Shown here piece by piece: positions 19,725 through 30,424 of a stretch of DNA of 64,000 nt (position 1 is the first letter of the stretch; each line of letters starts with the position of its first letter). The DNA is from Halobacteroidaceae bacterium (GTDB taxonomy: Bacteria > Bacillota > Halanaerobiia > B1SED10-174), in contig PWGV01000183.1 in assembly GCA_003554585.1 (NCBI GenBank), positions 8,574-72,573 on the forward strand, read 5' to 3'. The notes under the pieces were generated by a model. It did no database searches and was not told where the DNA came from. It saw only the letters and a program-made list of their open reading frames with translations. The position numbers and the translations under genes are program-made.

Positions 19725-20129
19725 AGACTTCCCCTTTCTTCAGGAAAAAATATGTCAGATTTTATACTATCATAGTTTTCCCTGGAAAAAAAGCGGAACA
19801 AAATTTGACCTGTTAATTTTTGGGATGGTAAAAGAAAAAATGCAATTAAGACAGTCTCTTTTTGTGCACTTTTCCCCCTATCCTGGATTTCCCCTTGCAT
19901 TATTTTTAACATAAATGGATTTTATTGTAGTATAATAAAGGATTTATAGGGTGTTTTGGGGAATATTAAAAAGATAATAATTCAAAATATTAAAACAATA
20001 ATATGCACAAAATTTTTTATCCTTAATTTACTGAATATACTGAAAAAAGAGGGGAGGGAGGCCTGGGAATAAATATGTTAAAAAAGAGATAGAAACTGGT
20101 TTAGGAAAAACAAAAAAGGAGGATGAGGG

Positions 20130-21659
20130 ATGAATCGATTAGAAGGGAAGGGTCCCTGGTTATTAAGTTGCGCTTTAGTGTTGTGCCTCTTTCTGGTTTT
20201 AGGTTCGACAGCAGTTCTTGCTGATGATGTTTTAAAGGTCAGGAATAGATTGGGTATGGATATAACGACAATGGATCCCGCTCACTATACTGGTCCGGAA
20301 TATGCAATTGATATGTCCGTTTTTGCCAAGTTGATGAGGTTTAAGCCGGGTTCATCAGAACTGGAACTGGACGCGGCAGAGTATGTCGAAATCAGCGATG
20401 ATAACCTGGTCATTGAATTCCGGTTGCGGGAGGGAATTCAATTCCACCACGGTTTCGGCGAAATGACTGCAGAAGATGTGAAATTTTCCTTTGAGAGGAT
20501 TATCGATCCCGATGTCAACTCTGAATATGCGGCTGACTGGGCCGTTCTGGAGGAGGTTGAAGTTACCGGCAGATATACCGGGAGAATTATTTTAAATGAT
20601 ACCTATGCGCCGCTTTTTGTTAGCACTATTCCCTACACTCCCGGTAGTATAATCAGCAAAAAAGCCTTCGAGGAGCTGGGCGATCAGTTCGCCTCCAGAC
20701 CCGTTGGTGCCGGGCCCTATCAATGGAAAGAATGGGTGCCGGGCCAGAGAATTGTCCTGGAAAGATTTGAAGATTACTTCGGAGAAACGCCCCAGTTCAG
20801 CCAGATTGAGCTGTATCCAATGGTTGAATACGAGGTCGCGGAAATGGCTTTTGACCGGGGTGACCTTCACGCTACTGAGATTTCCCTGGATTCCTACGAA
20901 CGCTATAAGGCCGATCCCAATACTGAAATTCACCTTCTTTCCACCCTGCGCTACCACTGGCTCGGTTTTAATCACCAGAAAGAACCCTTTAATGATATCA
21001 GGGTGAGGGAAGCAATCCGCTACGCAGTTGATGTTGATGCAGTTATTGCTGGCGCCTATGCGGGTATACCCCCCCGGAATAATACCATGCTTGCTCCGGG
21101 AATTCTGGGTCACTGGGAAGATGCTCCCCACTATGAGCGGGACCTGGATAGAGCCCGACAACTGCTGGCAGAAGCGGGTTTCCCGGATGGTTTTGATACC
21201 CAGATCACGGTCGACTCGACTTCTGTTCATGTTGACTCGGTTCAGATAATCCAGGATCAGCTCCGCCAGATAGGAGTTAACGCCAGGATTAACGTCGTAG
21301 AGGCGGGCGCGGGTTATGAAACCATGGGTCGGGGGGATCCGGAGGGAATGCACTACCAGAGCTTCTCTGCAATCCTTGATCCCGGTTACTGGTTTGAATG
21401 GTTTACCACCGAACAGATTGGAGCCTGGAACTACTGGAAATGGTCTAATGAGGAATATGATGAACTCAAAGCCAGGGGAGATATGACCATTGATCCCGAA
21501 GAAAGAGAGCAGATCTATATCCGAATGCAGGAGATAATTGATGAAGAAGTAACCTGCATTTGGGTAACCAATGGTGCCAGCATATATGTAACCAAACCTG
21601 GAATTGATCCTTCTTTCCTTGCTCACTATCCCCAGTACCATTACTGGACCGGGGAATAA
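20130..21659 (+). CDS. ABC transporter substrate-binding protein, family 5 (peptide/nickel type)
   Basis: 509 aa. Signal peptide. SBP5-like motifs (GAGPYQWKEWVPGQRIVLERF, VREAIRYAVD). Confidence 0.85.
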   Translation: MNRLEGKGPWLLSCALVLCLFLVLGSTAVLADDVLKVRNRLGMDITTMDPAHYTGPEYAIDMSVFAKLMRFKPGSSELELDAAEYVEISDDNLVIEFRLREGIQFHHGFGEMTAEDVKFSFERIIDPDVNSEYAADWAVLEEVEVTGRYTGRIILNDTYAPLFVSTIPYTPGSIISKKAFEELGDQFASRPVGAGPYQWKEWVPGQRIVLERFEDYFGETPQFSQIELYPMVEYEVAEMAFDRGDLHATEISLDSYERYKADPNTEIHLLSTLRYHWLGFNHQKEPFNDIRVREAIRYAVDVDAVIAGAYAGIPPRNNTMLAPGILGHWEDAPHYERDLDRARQLLAEAGFPDGFDTQITVDSTSVHVDSVQIIQDQLRQIGVNARINVVEAGAGYETMGRGDPEGMHYQSFSAILDPGYWFEWFTTEQIGAWNYWKWSNEEYDELKARGDMTIDPEEREQIYIRMQEIIDEEVTCIWVTNGASIYVTKPGIDPSFLAHYPQYHYWTGE

Positions 21660-21733
21660 TTAATTGCAAAAAGGGGTGGGGGATTTTCCCCTGCCCCTAA
21701 TCTTTAATTTAAAAACCGGGAAGGAGATTAACC

Positions 21734-22780
21734 TTGAGCGTAGATATTTTAACTGTTAGCGGAACTCCTTATGAAAGAGGTTTGGCTCACGGCAAGTCCA
21801 AGAGAGAGGAAATTGATAATTATCTCCAGCATTTTTACTCCCTGGTTGAAAAAGATAAAACTGCCCGAGAGACTATTCAGCACGTTAGAAAATTTGTTCC
21901 CTTTGTTGAGGATTATTCACCCTCGATACAGGAAGAACTGCTGGGAATTTCAGAAGGTGCTCAGCGGGGTTATGAAGAGATAATCATGCTCCACCTGCAC
22001 GAAGAAATTGGTTGTTTTGTCCCCCGCTGCACCAGCTTTGCAGTTACGGCTCCCGGGACTGTTGATAACCAGGTTTACACCGGACAGACCTGGGATATTC
22101 CAGTGGACCTCTGTATTAATGCCCATCCTTTTTTACTGAGGTCAATTAACGAGGAGGGGGAAGCTTCAATTGCCTTCACCTATGCCGGGGTAATTGCCGG
22201 AGCAGGTTTGAATTCACACGGCATTTCTCTCAATTGGAATTCCCTGCCCCGTTTGCAGTTTGAAATAGGGGTCCCGACCTATGTAATAATTGCCGAAGTA
22301 TTGAGGCAGAAAACCATAGGAAAAGCCCTGGAAGCCATATTTAGGGCCCAGCGGGCGGGGTGTTTTAAGTTTATGGTCTCCGATACAGACGAAATATATG
22401 CAGTTGAAGCAACCCCGGCTGATGCAGAGATTTTTTACTCCCACAGGTTTTTGGGTCATGCCAACCATTATGAAGGACGCCATAAAGACAGGCAGGATTT
22501 AAATAAGGTCTGCAGTGAGAGGGCTGCTTCTACGATTGTCCGACAAAACCGAATGATCCGGTTTTTAAATGAAAACTGGGGTTCAATAAATGTGGAAAAA
22601 TGCCAGGGCATCCTCAGGGATCATGTCAATTATCCTTTTTCCATTTGCCGCCATCCCGAAGAAGAGGCCAACCATATAACCTGTGGAGCCTGGATTGTCC
22701 TACCGGGGAAAGGGGAGTTCTATTATTCTCCCGGGCCTCCCTGTGAGAACAGTTTTACCCGGGTAAATGTTATTGATTAA
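21734..22780 (+). CDS. C45-family Ntn-hydrolase (acyl-CoA:6-APA acyltransferase-like peptidase)
   Basis: 348 aa. Putative nucleophile in PRCTSFAV. GKSKREEI at the N-terminus is typical of the family. Embedded between the SBP and the permeases. Confidence 0.65.
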   Translation: MSVDILTVSGTPYERGLAHGKSKREEIDNYLQHFYSLVEKDKTARETIQHVRKFVPFVEDYSPSIQEELLGISEGAQRGYEEIIMLHLHEEIGCFVPRCTSFAVTAPGTVDNQVYTGQTWDIPVDLCINAHPFLLRSINEEGEASIAFTYAGVIAGAGLNSHGISLNWNSLPRLQFEIGVPTYVIIAEVLRQKTIGKALEAIFRAQRAGCFKFMVSDTDEIYAVEATPADAEIFYSHRFLGHANHYEGRHKDRQDLNKVCSERAASTIVRQNRMIRFLNENWGSINVEKCQGILRDHVNYPFSICRHPEEEANHITCGAWIVLPGKGEFYYSPGPPCENSFTRVNVID

Positions 22781-22801
22781 TCGCAAAGGAGGATCAAGCA
22801 A

Positions 22802-23743
22802 ATGACTGGTTTTATTATTCGGCGCCTCCTGGTTACCGTAATAACTGTTTTGGGAGCAATGGTTTTGTTGTTCGCCATTCTTCAACTGATCCCGGGTGAT
22901 TTTGCCTCGGTGGTTTTAGGACCCAGGGCGACCCCGGATATTATCGAGAGTTTCAGGGTTAAAATGGGCCTGGATCAGCCCATCTATGTCCAGCTTTTCA
23001 ATTTTATTTTTAATGCCATCCAGGGTGATTTTGGGCAGGATGTTTTAAGTCACCTGCCGGTGAGAACCCTGGTTTTGCAGGTCCTTCCCCATACAATAGT
23101 TCTGGCCTTAACCAGTATTGTAATCGCTTCTTTACTGGGGATCCCCCTTGGAGCCTATGCAGCCGCTTTCAAGGGCTCATGGATTGACAGAATCCTCGGG
23201 GTGATTTCGATTTCGGCAATCACCATCCCCAGTTTTCTGGCAGGGCTTTTAGGGCTATTAATTTTTTCTGTTTACCTGCAGTGGTTTCCGGCAATGGGAG
23301 CAGGTCAATCCGGGAATATAGTCGACCAGATCTACCATTTGATCCTTCCCGCAGCAGCCCTTGCTCTGGGCTGGGTGGGGTATCTCGCCCGGATTATGCG
23401 GGCTTCCATGCTGGATGAATTAACCGAGGATTATGTGCGGACTGCAAGGTCAAAGGGATTAAAAGAATCGGTTGTTGTTTTCAAGCATGCCCTGCGGGGG
23501 GCCCTGATTCCAGTAATTGCAGTAATCGGGGTTGGATTTGGCAACCTACTCGGCGGGGCAGTTTTAATTGAAATTATATTTCACCGGCCCGGACTGGGTT
23601 ATTTGATCTATACCGCAATAAGGACCAGGAATTATCCGATTGTCCAGGGGGGATTGATTATTGCGGTTATCCTTTATTCCCTGGCCAACCTTTTGGCTGA
23701 TCTTTCCTACGGGCCCATAGATCCCAGGGTAAGGAGTGAATAA
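22802..23743 (+). CDS. ABC peptide transporter permease (DppB/OppB-like)
   Basis: 313 aa, 6 TM. EAA-type loop YVRTARSKGLKESVVVFKHALRGAL. Confidence 0.9.
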   Translation: MTGFIIRRLLVTVITVLGAMVLLFAILQLIPGDFASVVLGPRATPDIIESFRVKMGLDQPIYVQLFNFIFNAIQGDFGQDVLSHLPVRTLVLQVLPHTIVLALTSIVIASLLGIPLGAYAAAFKGSWIDRILGVISISAITIPSFLAGLLGLLIFSVYLQWFPAMGAGQSGNIVDQIYHLILPAAALALGWVGYLARIMRASMLDELTEDYVRTARSKGLKESVVVFKHALRGALIPVIAVIGVGFGNLLGGAVLIEIIFHRPGLGYLIYTAIRTRNYPIVQGGLIIAVILYSLANLLADLSYGPIDPRVRSE

Positions 23744-23746
23744 ACC

Positions 23747-24583
23747 ATGCGGAGAATAATTAAAAAACTCCTGGCCGAGCCGCTGGCAGTAGCGGGTGTT
23801 GTAATCATTTTATTTATCCTCCTGGTGGCAGTTTTTGCTCCTTTTATTGCCACCCACGATCCCCAGAGTACCTATCCGGCAAATCGACTCCAACCTCCTT
23901 CCAGAGATAACTGGATGGGGACGGACAACCTGGGCCGAGACACATACAGTCGGGTGGTTTTTGGAACCAGAATTGCCCTTTTAGTCTCTCTTCTTGCAAT
24001 TTCTTTTGCCACTATCCTGGGGATTACCTTCGGTATTATTTCAGGTTTTGCCGGGGGGAGAATTGACAGTGCCTTTTTAATCTTTTTTGATATAATTAAG
24101 TCTTTTCCGGCCTTACTTTTAGCGATTACCATTATTGCCATTACGGGACCCAGCCTGCCGATGTTGATTATAATCATCGGTATTACCCGTTTTCCTGCAT
24201 ATTCCCGCCTGGTTAGAGCTCAAACTCTCAGAGTTAAAGGCCATGATTATATCCTGGCAGCAAAAGCTCTGGGTGTTTCTGTGCCCAGGATCATGTTAAA
24301 ACACCTCCTGCCCAACGTTTTGGGGCCGGTTTTTATCCAGGCTGCAATGGATATCCCAATTGTCATAACCTTTGAAGCAGGCTTGAGCTTTTTGGGGTTG
24401 GGGGTTCCTCCACCAACCCCAAGCTGGGGCTCAATTTTGCGGACGGGGTATTCTTTCCTCCGAATTGCGCCGTACATGGTAATTTTCGGAGGAGCGGTTT
24501 TGATGCTGACAACTCTAGGTTTTACTTTGATGGGAGAAACTCTAAGGGATTTCCTGGACCCCAAGTTGCGAAAGGTGGTTTGA
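23747..24583 (+). CDS. ABC peptide transporter permease (DppC/OppC-like)
   Basis: 278 aa. YILAAKALGVSVPRIMLKHLLPNVLGP. Confidence 0.9.
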   Translation: MRRIIKKLLAEPLAVAGVVIILFILLVAVFAPFIATHDPQSTYPANRLQPPSRDNWMGTDNLGRDTYSRVVFGTRIALLVSLLAISFATILGITFGIISGFAGGRIDSAFLIFFDIIKSFPALLLAITIIAITGPSLPMLIIIIGITRFPAYSRLVRAQTLRVKGHDYILAAKALGVSVPRIMLKHLLPNVLGPVFIQAAMDIPIVITFEAGLSFLGLGVPPPTPSWGSILRTGYSFLRIAPYMVIFGGAVLMLTTLGFTLMGETLRDFLDPKLRKVV

Positions 24584-24593
24584 AAATAGTGGA

Positions 24594-24623
24594 AAAACCC
24601 CGGTTTTTTACCGGGGTTTTTTG
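24594..24623 (+). terminator. Rho-independent terminator
   Basis: AAAAACCCCGG-TTTTTTA-CCGGGGTTTTTT. Confidence 0.75.
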
Positions 24624-24776
24624 GTTGCAAAGGCAAAAGAACTGGATTTGCAGGGGAATAAGGATTCTATTGGATAAAGGAAGGTTTTTCGTTTCCGGGG
24701 AGGAAATGAAAAGATATGGATATGAAAAGATTTTTCCTTTTTTAGCTCACCATTAAAGAAAAGCGGGGGTGGTTTT

Positions 24777-25358
24777 TTGGGCCAGGAGATTGATGCAAAA
24801 AGAATAAATTTTTTACCTGCAGGAAAGGTTAAGCTGGATCGATTTAATTGTGGAGAAAGAATTTTGGATATTGGTGGAGGTGGAGAGGGCATTATTGCTC
24901 GCCTTTTCGGAGAAAAGGTGGTTGCAATTGATTTAAGCAGAGAAGAATTACAGGAAGCTACTGCAAATGGAGCTTTACGAATTGAGATGGATGCAACTGA
25001 ATTAAAATTCCTTGATGAAGAATTCCCAACTGTTACTTCCTTTTTTTCTTTAATGTATATGACTCCCGAAGATCAAAAAAAGGTTTTTACAGAAGCATCC
25101 AGGGTTTTGCAAAAGGGAGGAAACTTATTAATTTGGGATACGGAGATTACCCCCCATGCTGGAGGAGAAAAGGATGTAATTGCCCTGGAGCTATCCATTG
25201 AACTGGAAGGTGAAGAAATTAAAACCGGATATGGAGTTTACTGGCCAGGTAAGGAGCAGTCGGCAGAAACCCTGGCCAAATTAGGAGAAGAAATCGGTTT
25301 TAGTGTAAGAAAACAGGAGAAGGATGGAAGCATTTTTTTTATAAAACTGGAGAAATAA
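24777..25358 (+). CDS. Class I SAM-dependent methyltransferase
   Basis: 193 aa. Motif I ILDIGGGGEG. TTG start after GGGGGTGG. Confidence 0.7.
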   Translation: MGQEIDAKRINFLPAGKVKLDRFNCGERILDIGGGGEGIIARLFGEKVVAIDLSREELQEATANGALRIEMDATELKFLDEEFPTVTSFFSLMYMTPEDQKKVFTEASRVLQKGGNLLIWDTEITPHAGGEKDVIALELSIELEGEEIKTGYGVYWPGKEQSAETLAKLGEEIGFSVRKQEKDGSIFFIKLEK

Positions 25359-25419
25359 CCGGAAAAAATGGTCAACATGTCCATATGTAGATAAAAAAAT
25401 AAAAAAAGGGGAATAAAAA

Positions 25420-26619
25420 ATGAGCTATTTTTCACACCTTTATTGTCCCAAGTGTTCAGAAACCTATGAAAAAAACCGGCCTGTAAACCTTTGTAAATGC
25501 GGGGGCCCCCTTTTAGCCTCCTACAATCTTAAAAGTGCAGGAGAATTTAAAAAGGAAGATTTAAAAGGGCGCCCGGAAAATATGTGGCGCTACCGGGAAA
25601 TGTTACCTGTAGAAGATCCAAAAAATATTGTCTCCCTGGGAGAAGGGTATACCCCAATTTTTTCTTTAAAACGCCTGGGGGAAAAACTGGGCCTGGAGAA
25701 CCTCTGTTGCAAGGACGAAGGACTGAATCCAACCGGTTCTTTTAAAGCCCGGGGAGCTGCAGCCGGGATTTCTCGAATCCGGGAACTGGGTATTAAAGAA
25801 ATTGCCATGCCTACTGCGGGAAATGCTGGAGGGGCCTGGGCTTCCTTTGGAGCCAGGGCGGGAATTAAAGCGCATATTGCCATGCCCGCGGATGCTCCGG
25901 AGATAACCAAGACCGAATGTGCTGTTGCTGGAGCTTCTGTTTACCTGGTTAACGGTAATATTGCTGATGCGGGGAAGATAATCGGCGAAGGGGCTAAAAA
26001 GTATGGGTGGTTTGAAGTATCGACTCTCAAAGAACCTTATCGGATTGAAGGGAAAAAAACCATGGGTTATGAGATTCTGGAGCAAATGAACTGGGACCCA
26101 CCAGACTATATTTTTTACCCCACAGGCGGGGGAGTAGGAATAATTGGGATCTGGAAAGCAATCAAGGAGATGGAAGAACTGGGCTGGATTGATGGGAAAA
26201 AGAAACCCAAAATGGTATCAGTCCAGGCTGAGGGTTGCGCCCCAATAGTAAGAGCTTATGAGCGGGGAGAAAGCTTTGCCACAGAATGGACCGAACCGGA
26301 AACAATCGCAGCGGGTATCCGGGTTCCCAAAGCCCTGGGAGATTTCCTCGTCCTCGAAGCGATAAGAGATTCAGGTGGAACAGCCATTGCGGTTAGTGAT
26401 GGGGAAATAAAAAAAGCAATGGAGGAAACAGCCCGACTGGAAGGAATGTTTATCTGCCCTGAGGGTGCTGCTAATGTTGTAGCCCTGGAAAAACTGGTAG
26501 AGCGAGGGTGGATAAACACCCAGGAAAAAGTTCTTCTCCTAAACACGGGAGCGGGAATAAAATACTCGCAAACTTTAAATTATGATTTCCCCCTTCTGGA
26601 AAAAACTGATAGACTTTAA
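25420..26619 (+). CDS. thrC: Threonine synthase
   Basis: 399 aa. N-terminal Cys4 ribbon (CPKC..CKCG). PLP-lysine motif GSFKARG. Confidence 0.85.
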   Translation: MSYFSHLYCPKCSETYEKNRPVNLCKCGGPLLASYNLKSAGEFKKEDLKGRPENMWRYREMLPVEDPKNIVSLGEGYTPIFSLKRLGEKLGLENLCCKDEGLNPTGSFKARGAAAGISRIRELGIKEIAMPTAGNAGGAWASFGARAGIKAHIAMPADAPEITKTECAVAGASVYLVNGNIADAGKIIGEGAKKYGWFEVSTLKEPYRIEGKKTMGYEILEQMNWDPPDYIFYPTGGGVGIIGIWKAIKEMEELGWIDGKKKPKMVSVQAEGCAPIVRAYERGESFATEWTEPETIAAGIRVPKALGDFLVLEAIRDSGGTAIAVSDGEIKKAMEETARLEGMFICPEGAANVVALEKLVERGWINTQEKVLLLNTGAGIKYSQTLNYDFPLLEKTDRL

Positions 26620-26636
26620 TAGAAAAGTGTAATTCA

Positions 26637-26668
26637 TCCGGAGGGAATTATTTCCTCCGGGTTTATTT
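26637..26668 (+). terminator. Rho-independent terminator
   Basis: CCGGAGGGAA-TTAT-TTCCTCCGG followed by a T-rich tail. Confidence 0.65.
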
Positions 26669-26912
26669 GTTTCGATAGGAATTTGCAAAGAATACCAAAT
26701 GTTTTTCTTAATTAATCCAGTCCAACAATTTTTTAGGAAATTGAATTTAAAAAAACAAAATTAAGCAAAAACACTGGCAAAACAAAAAGGGTACAGGAAA
26801 CTGAGAGCGAATAGGTAAAGATCAAACACACCAAACCAGTCGCAGCAATAACTTTCCGAAACCTGGAAACGGGTTTCCCCAAATTAAATCCAGCTTAGGA
26901 GGAGCAAAAGAT

Positions 26913-28742
26913 ATGCCAACCAAATTGTCCTTTGGAAGAAGGACTCTGTTTCTGTTATTGAGTCTTGTTTTGTTTTTGTTTATTCAGGGTTGCGATTCCA
27001 TAACAGGTGATAGTTACAAGCTTTTTGTGGAAGTTGAAGGGAAAGGGTTAGTTGAAATTTCACCGAAAACCTCTACTTATCAACCGGGAACTGAGGTTAG
27101 TTTAAAAGCAGTTACTCCCCCTGATGGGGAATGGGAGTTTTCCCACTGGAGTGGAGATGTTTCGAGTAACGAGGAAGAAATAAGCATAATCATTGAAGAG
27201 GATGTCCTGGTAGTAGCGTATTTTGATTTAATCAACGGAGCTTCTTTAGAAGGAAGTATTACTATCCAGCATTCCTGGCCCAACTCCCCCAATTTTTCTG
27301 GAAAGCAAAACACTGCCTCCAGTTCTGAAAAAATATCGGTATCGGAAGGGGAGTATAAAAGGGACGAACTAATTATCCAGTTGATGCCTTTCTCTGCAGC
27401 AGCAGAAAAGATTAATGTTGCTAACGCTCTTGGGGGAGAAATAATAGGGGAAATTAAAGAACTGCAAAAGTTACTGATAAGTGTCTCCGGAGATGCAGTG
27501 GGGATAGTGGCCAGGGCCGAAAAATTACCCGAAGTAATAAGTGTCCAACCCAACTATATTTATCAAACCCAGGATAAAATTCCCAACGATCCCTTCTTTT
27601 CTCATCAATGGCACTACCCCCTGATCAGACTCCCCCAGGCCTGGGAAAAAACTGCAGGGAGCGGAAGTATTAATATTGCTGTTTTGGATACAGGGGTTGA
27701 TGGTAACCATCCTGACCTGGATAAGGTTGTTCAGGGTTATAATTTTATAGATGATAATGAAGATCCCATGGATTATAACGGGCACGGAACTCATGTTGCC
27801 GGTACCATAAGGGCAGCAACAGATAATAAAAGCGGAGTTTCCGGAGTCATGTGGCAGGGCAATATTGTTCCCGTGAAAGTTTTGGGTGATAACGGTTATG
27901 GTACTACCTATAGTGTTGCCCGGGGAATTTTATATGCTTCCGATCTTCTGGAAACCCTTAAAAACCCCAATCCCGCCCAGGTAATCAATATGTCTTTAGG
28001 AGGAGATCCTCCTAAAGACGACACGCTGGAGAAAGCTGTTAAAAAGGCCAGAGAAAATGGAACAATTCTTGTGGCCTCGGCTGGTAACACCGATGAAAGC
28101 CAGCTTGGCTACCCCGCAGCTCTGGAAGATGTTATTTCCGTTGGTTCTGTTGCTTACAGTTCTTCAGGTCCCCCGCCCCGAGCAAGCTATTCCAATTACG
28201 GCGAAGATCTGGATATTGTTGCTCCCGGCGGTGGTCATGGTAGCGGAGTGCTGAGCACATATTTTTCCGGCAATGGAGATAATAAAACATATCAATACGG
28301 ATATATGATGGGGACCTCCATGGCTGCTCCCCATGTTTCTGGAGTGATTGGCCTGATGCTTGGTGTGGGGATTCCCGAGAGAGAAATCCGGGAAATTCTC
28401 CATAAAACAGCAATGGATTTGGGAGAGGAAGGATTTGACCCTGAATTTGGCCACGGTCTTGTTAACGCTAACTGGGCGGTCAACGGGGTTGATAGTATAA
28501 GAATTATTATTGGAAAGAAGGAGGGAAATACATTCAAATCCCTTGCTGAAAAAACAATTTCCCTTGAAGATAAATTTTTTGCAATACCTGAAGTTGTTCC
28601 TGGAGAATATCGGGTTTATGCCTGGATCGACATTGGAAATAACGGTATTCTCGAACCGGGAGATTATTTTGCAGAATCAGAGTTAATTTATTTTGGCCCC
28701 GGGCTGGAGGTTACTGTGGACCTGATTTTGCAGGAATTTTAG
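26913..28742 (+). CDS. Secreted S8 subtilisin-family serine protease with N-terminal InlB-B-like repeat
   Basis: Signal or lipoprotein-like leader (..FIQGCDS). Catalytic D (AVLDTGVD), H (HGTHVAGT), S (GTSMAAPHVSG). 609 aa. Confidence 0.9.
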   Translation: MPTKLSFGRRTLFLLLSLVLFLFIQGCDSITGDSYKLFVEVEGKGLVEISPKTSTYQPGTEVSLKAVTPPDGEWEFSHWSGDVSSNEEEISIIIEEDVLVVAYFDLINGASLEGSITIQHSWPNSPNFSGKQNTASSSEKISVSEGEYKRDELIIQLMPFSAAAEKINVANALGGEIIGEIKELQKLLISVSGDAVGIVARAEKLPEVISVQPNYIYQTQDKIPNDPFFSHQWHYPLIRLPQAWEKTAGSGSINIAVLDTGVDGNHPDLDKVVQGYNFIDDNEDPMDYNGHGTHVAGTIRAATDNKSGVSGVMWQGNIVPVKVLGDNGYGTTYSVARGILYASDLLETLKNPNPAQVINMSLGGDPPKDDTLEKAVKKARENGTILVASAGNTDESQLGYPAALEDVISVGSVAYSSSGPPPRASYSNYGEDLDIVAPGGGHGSGVLSTYFSGNGDNKTYQYGYMMGTSMAAPHVSGVIGLMLGVGIPEREIREILHKTAMDLGEEGFDPEFGHGLVNANWAVNGVDSIRIIIGKKEGNTFKSLAEKTISLEDKFFAIPEVVPGEYRVYAWIDIGNNGILEPGDYFAESELIYFGPGLEVTVDLILQEF

Positions 28743-28758
28743 AAAAAAACCTTTCCAA

Positions 28759-28791
28759 GCACCCGTCAATTTTGCGACGGGTGCTTTTTTA
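28759..28791 (+). terminator. Rho-independent terminator
   Basis: GCACCCGTC-AATTTTGC-GACGGGTGC followed by TTTTTT. Confidence 0.8.
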
Positions 28792-28993
28792 ATGTTCAAA
28801 AATTGCGATTTTTCGCATCAATCTAAGAAAACCTGTAGGAAAGAAGGAAAAACTGATTAAAATTCTTAAGTATTGAAGGTTTTTGTGGAAAAATGCAGAA
28901 GATTAAATTTGCTTAAAAAATAAAAAAATTAAATTATTATGCATAAGATGTTGTTTCGCGAAAGGAAAACTTTTCTGAAAGCGGTGGTAGGAA

Positions 28994-30176
28994 GTGGATG
29001 CTATTGATAAAAATACTCTTCAGGTTTTCAGCCTGGGCCGCTTCGAAGTCAGGAGAGGCGGACAGCCTATCTCCCAGGAAGAACAACGTTTGAATAAAAG
29101 ATGGCGACTTTTCCAAATATTAATTACTTATAAAGGGCAGGCCTTATCATCGGAGCAAATGTATAAATATTTTTCCCTGGAAGAGAGTGTTAACCCCTCT
29201 GAGGCTTTGAAGAGTCTTGTTTTTTATCTTCGACGCTCTCTGGAAAAGGACAAAGGTAAAATAAAAAATGGGGAACAGTATATTATTTGTTCCCAAGGGC
29301 GTTATTTATTCAATGAAAAATCACACTACTGGCTTGATGCTGAAGTATTTGAAAACCTGTGTAAAAAGGGTAGGCAGGTTGCGGAGGAATCAGCTGCAGT
29401 AGCCATTGATATGCATCTTGAAGCCCTTTCACTTTACCGGGAAATTACCTTAGGGAAGTTCCACATGCTTACTGGGCTATTTCTGCCCGCAATCATTACC
29501 GGGAACTCTATCTACGGGCTATGCTGGAGGCGAATGAACTATTTAGAAAGGAAGCAAGGTATGAGAAGCCTGGGAACTTTGCGAAGCAGGACTGCGTATT
29601 GTTCCCCTGGAAGAAAAACTCCATACTAGTTCCCTGAAAGCCTTGATTGATGGGGGGAAAGCTGGGCTGGCTTTAGTCCAGTATCAAGAAGCAGCTTCTT
29701 TATTCAGGGAAAATGGGTTGGATGTTCCTGCAGCTTTAAAGGGCCTGGGAGAATCTCTGAAAAAAGAAAGCAAAAAACAAGAAAAACCAGAAGAAATTTT
29801 GCGAAAGTTGCAGGCGAGAAGTCGGGAAGAAGGGGCTTTTGAAAGCGGTCTGGAGAGTTTTTCATTGATCTATGAACTGGAAAAAAGTAGAAGTGAACGG
29901 AGGCAAAAACCCGGCTACCTTGTTTACTTGAATTTAAATGGGGAATGCCCGGATTCTGAAGTTTCGCGGGTTGGCAAAAGCTTAAAAGAATCTTTAAAGA
30001 AAAATTTGCGCAAAGGAGATGTTTTTTGTAATTGGAGCCCAAGGAATTATCTGGCTATTCTTATAAATGTTCCTTCGGGGGAGATAGGTAAAATTATGGA
30101 GAGAATTAAAAATAATGTAACCCGGGAATGTGCTGGTACTGAAATGGAATTTGAGCACAGGCGGAAGGAAATATAA
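28994..30176 (+). pseudogene. SARP-like (wHTH+BTAD) regulator with degenerate GGDEF C-terminal domain, two frameshifts (paralog copy 1)
   Basis: Paralog of 60159-61370 and 63858-end. The reading goes frame 2 to frame 1 (G-run near 29438) to frame 0 (near 29567), which restores ..SLYRGNYLREVPHAYW..RYEKAWELCEAGL... The C-terminus has RKGD-VFCNW-SPRNY in place of RxxD-x5-GGDEF. Confidence 0.75.
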
Positions 30177-30424
30177 GGGAGACCTGCGAGGGGCTCCTTT
30201 TTATTTTGGTTAGATATTCTTTTACCAGCACTGCAAAAACAGGGAGAAAAAAGTTTGTGTTAGGGAGCCCCCCCTAAAGAAGGTTCTTTTTCTTATAACC
30301 TTAATCTAACCTGATTTTAACCCTTGAATAACTGACAGGGTTAAAAAGGGGTGTTATACTTCAAGTAAAGAGGGTGTATTAGCATAGGCGGATAGTTGCT
30401 TCTGGGGAATAGGGGGACTTAAAA

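Noticed and set aside
20592-21641. 349-aa ORF on the minus strand
   Set aside because: It is entirely antisense to the well-supported SBP gene at 20130-21659. It has no SD and a low-complexity, unfamiliar sequence, so it is a shadow ORF.
24706-24756. 16-codon ORF MKRYGYEKIFPFLAHH with an SD upstream of the methyltransferase
   Set aside because: It is too short to evaluate. There is no downstream terminator or alternative structure, and no regulatory-codon bias.
25590-26085. 106- and 139-aa minus-strand ORFs inside thrC
   Set aside because: They are antisense to a gene with a clear PLP motif, and nothing independently supports them.
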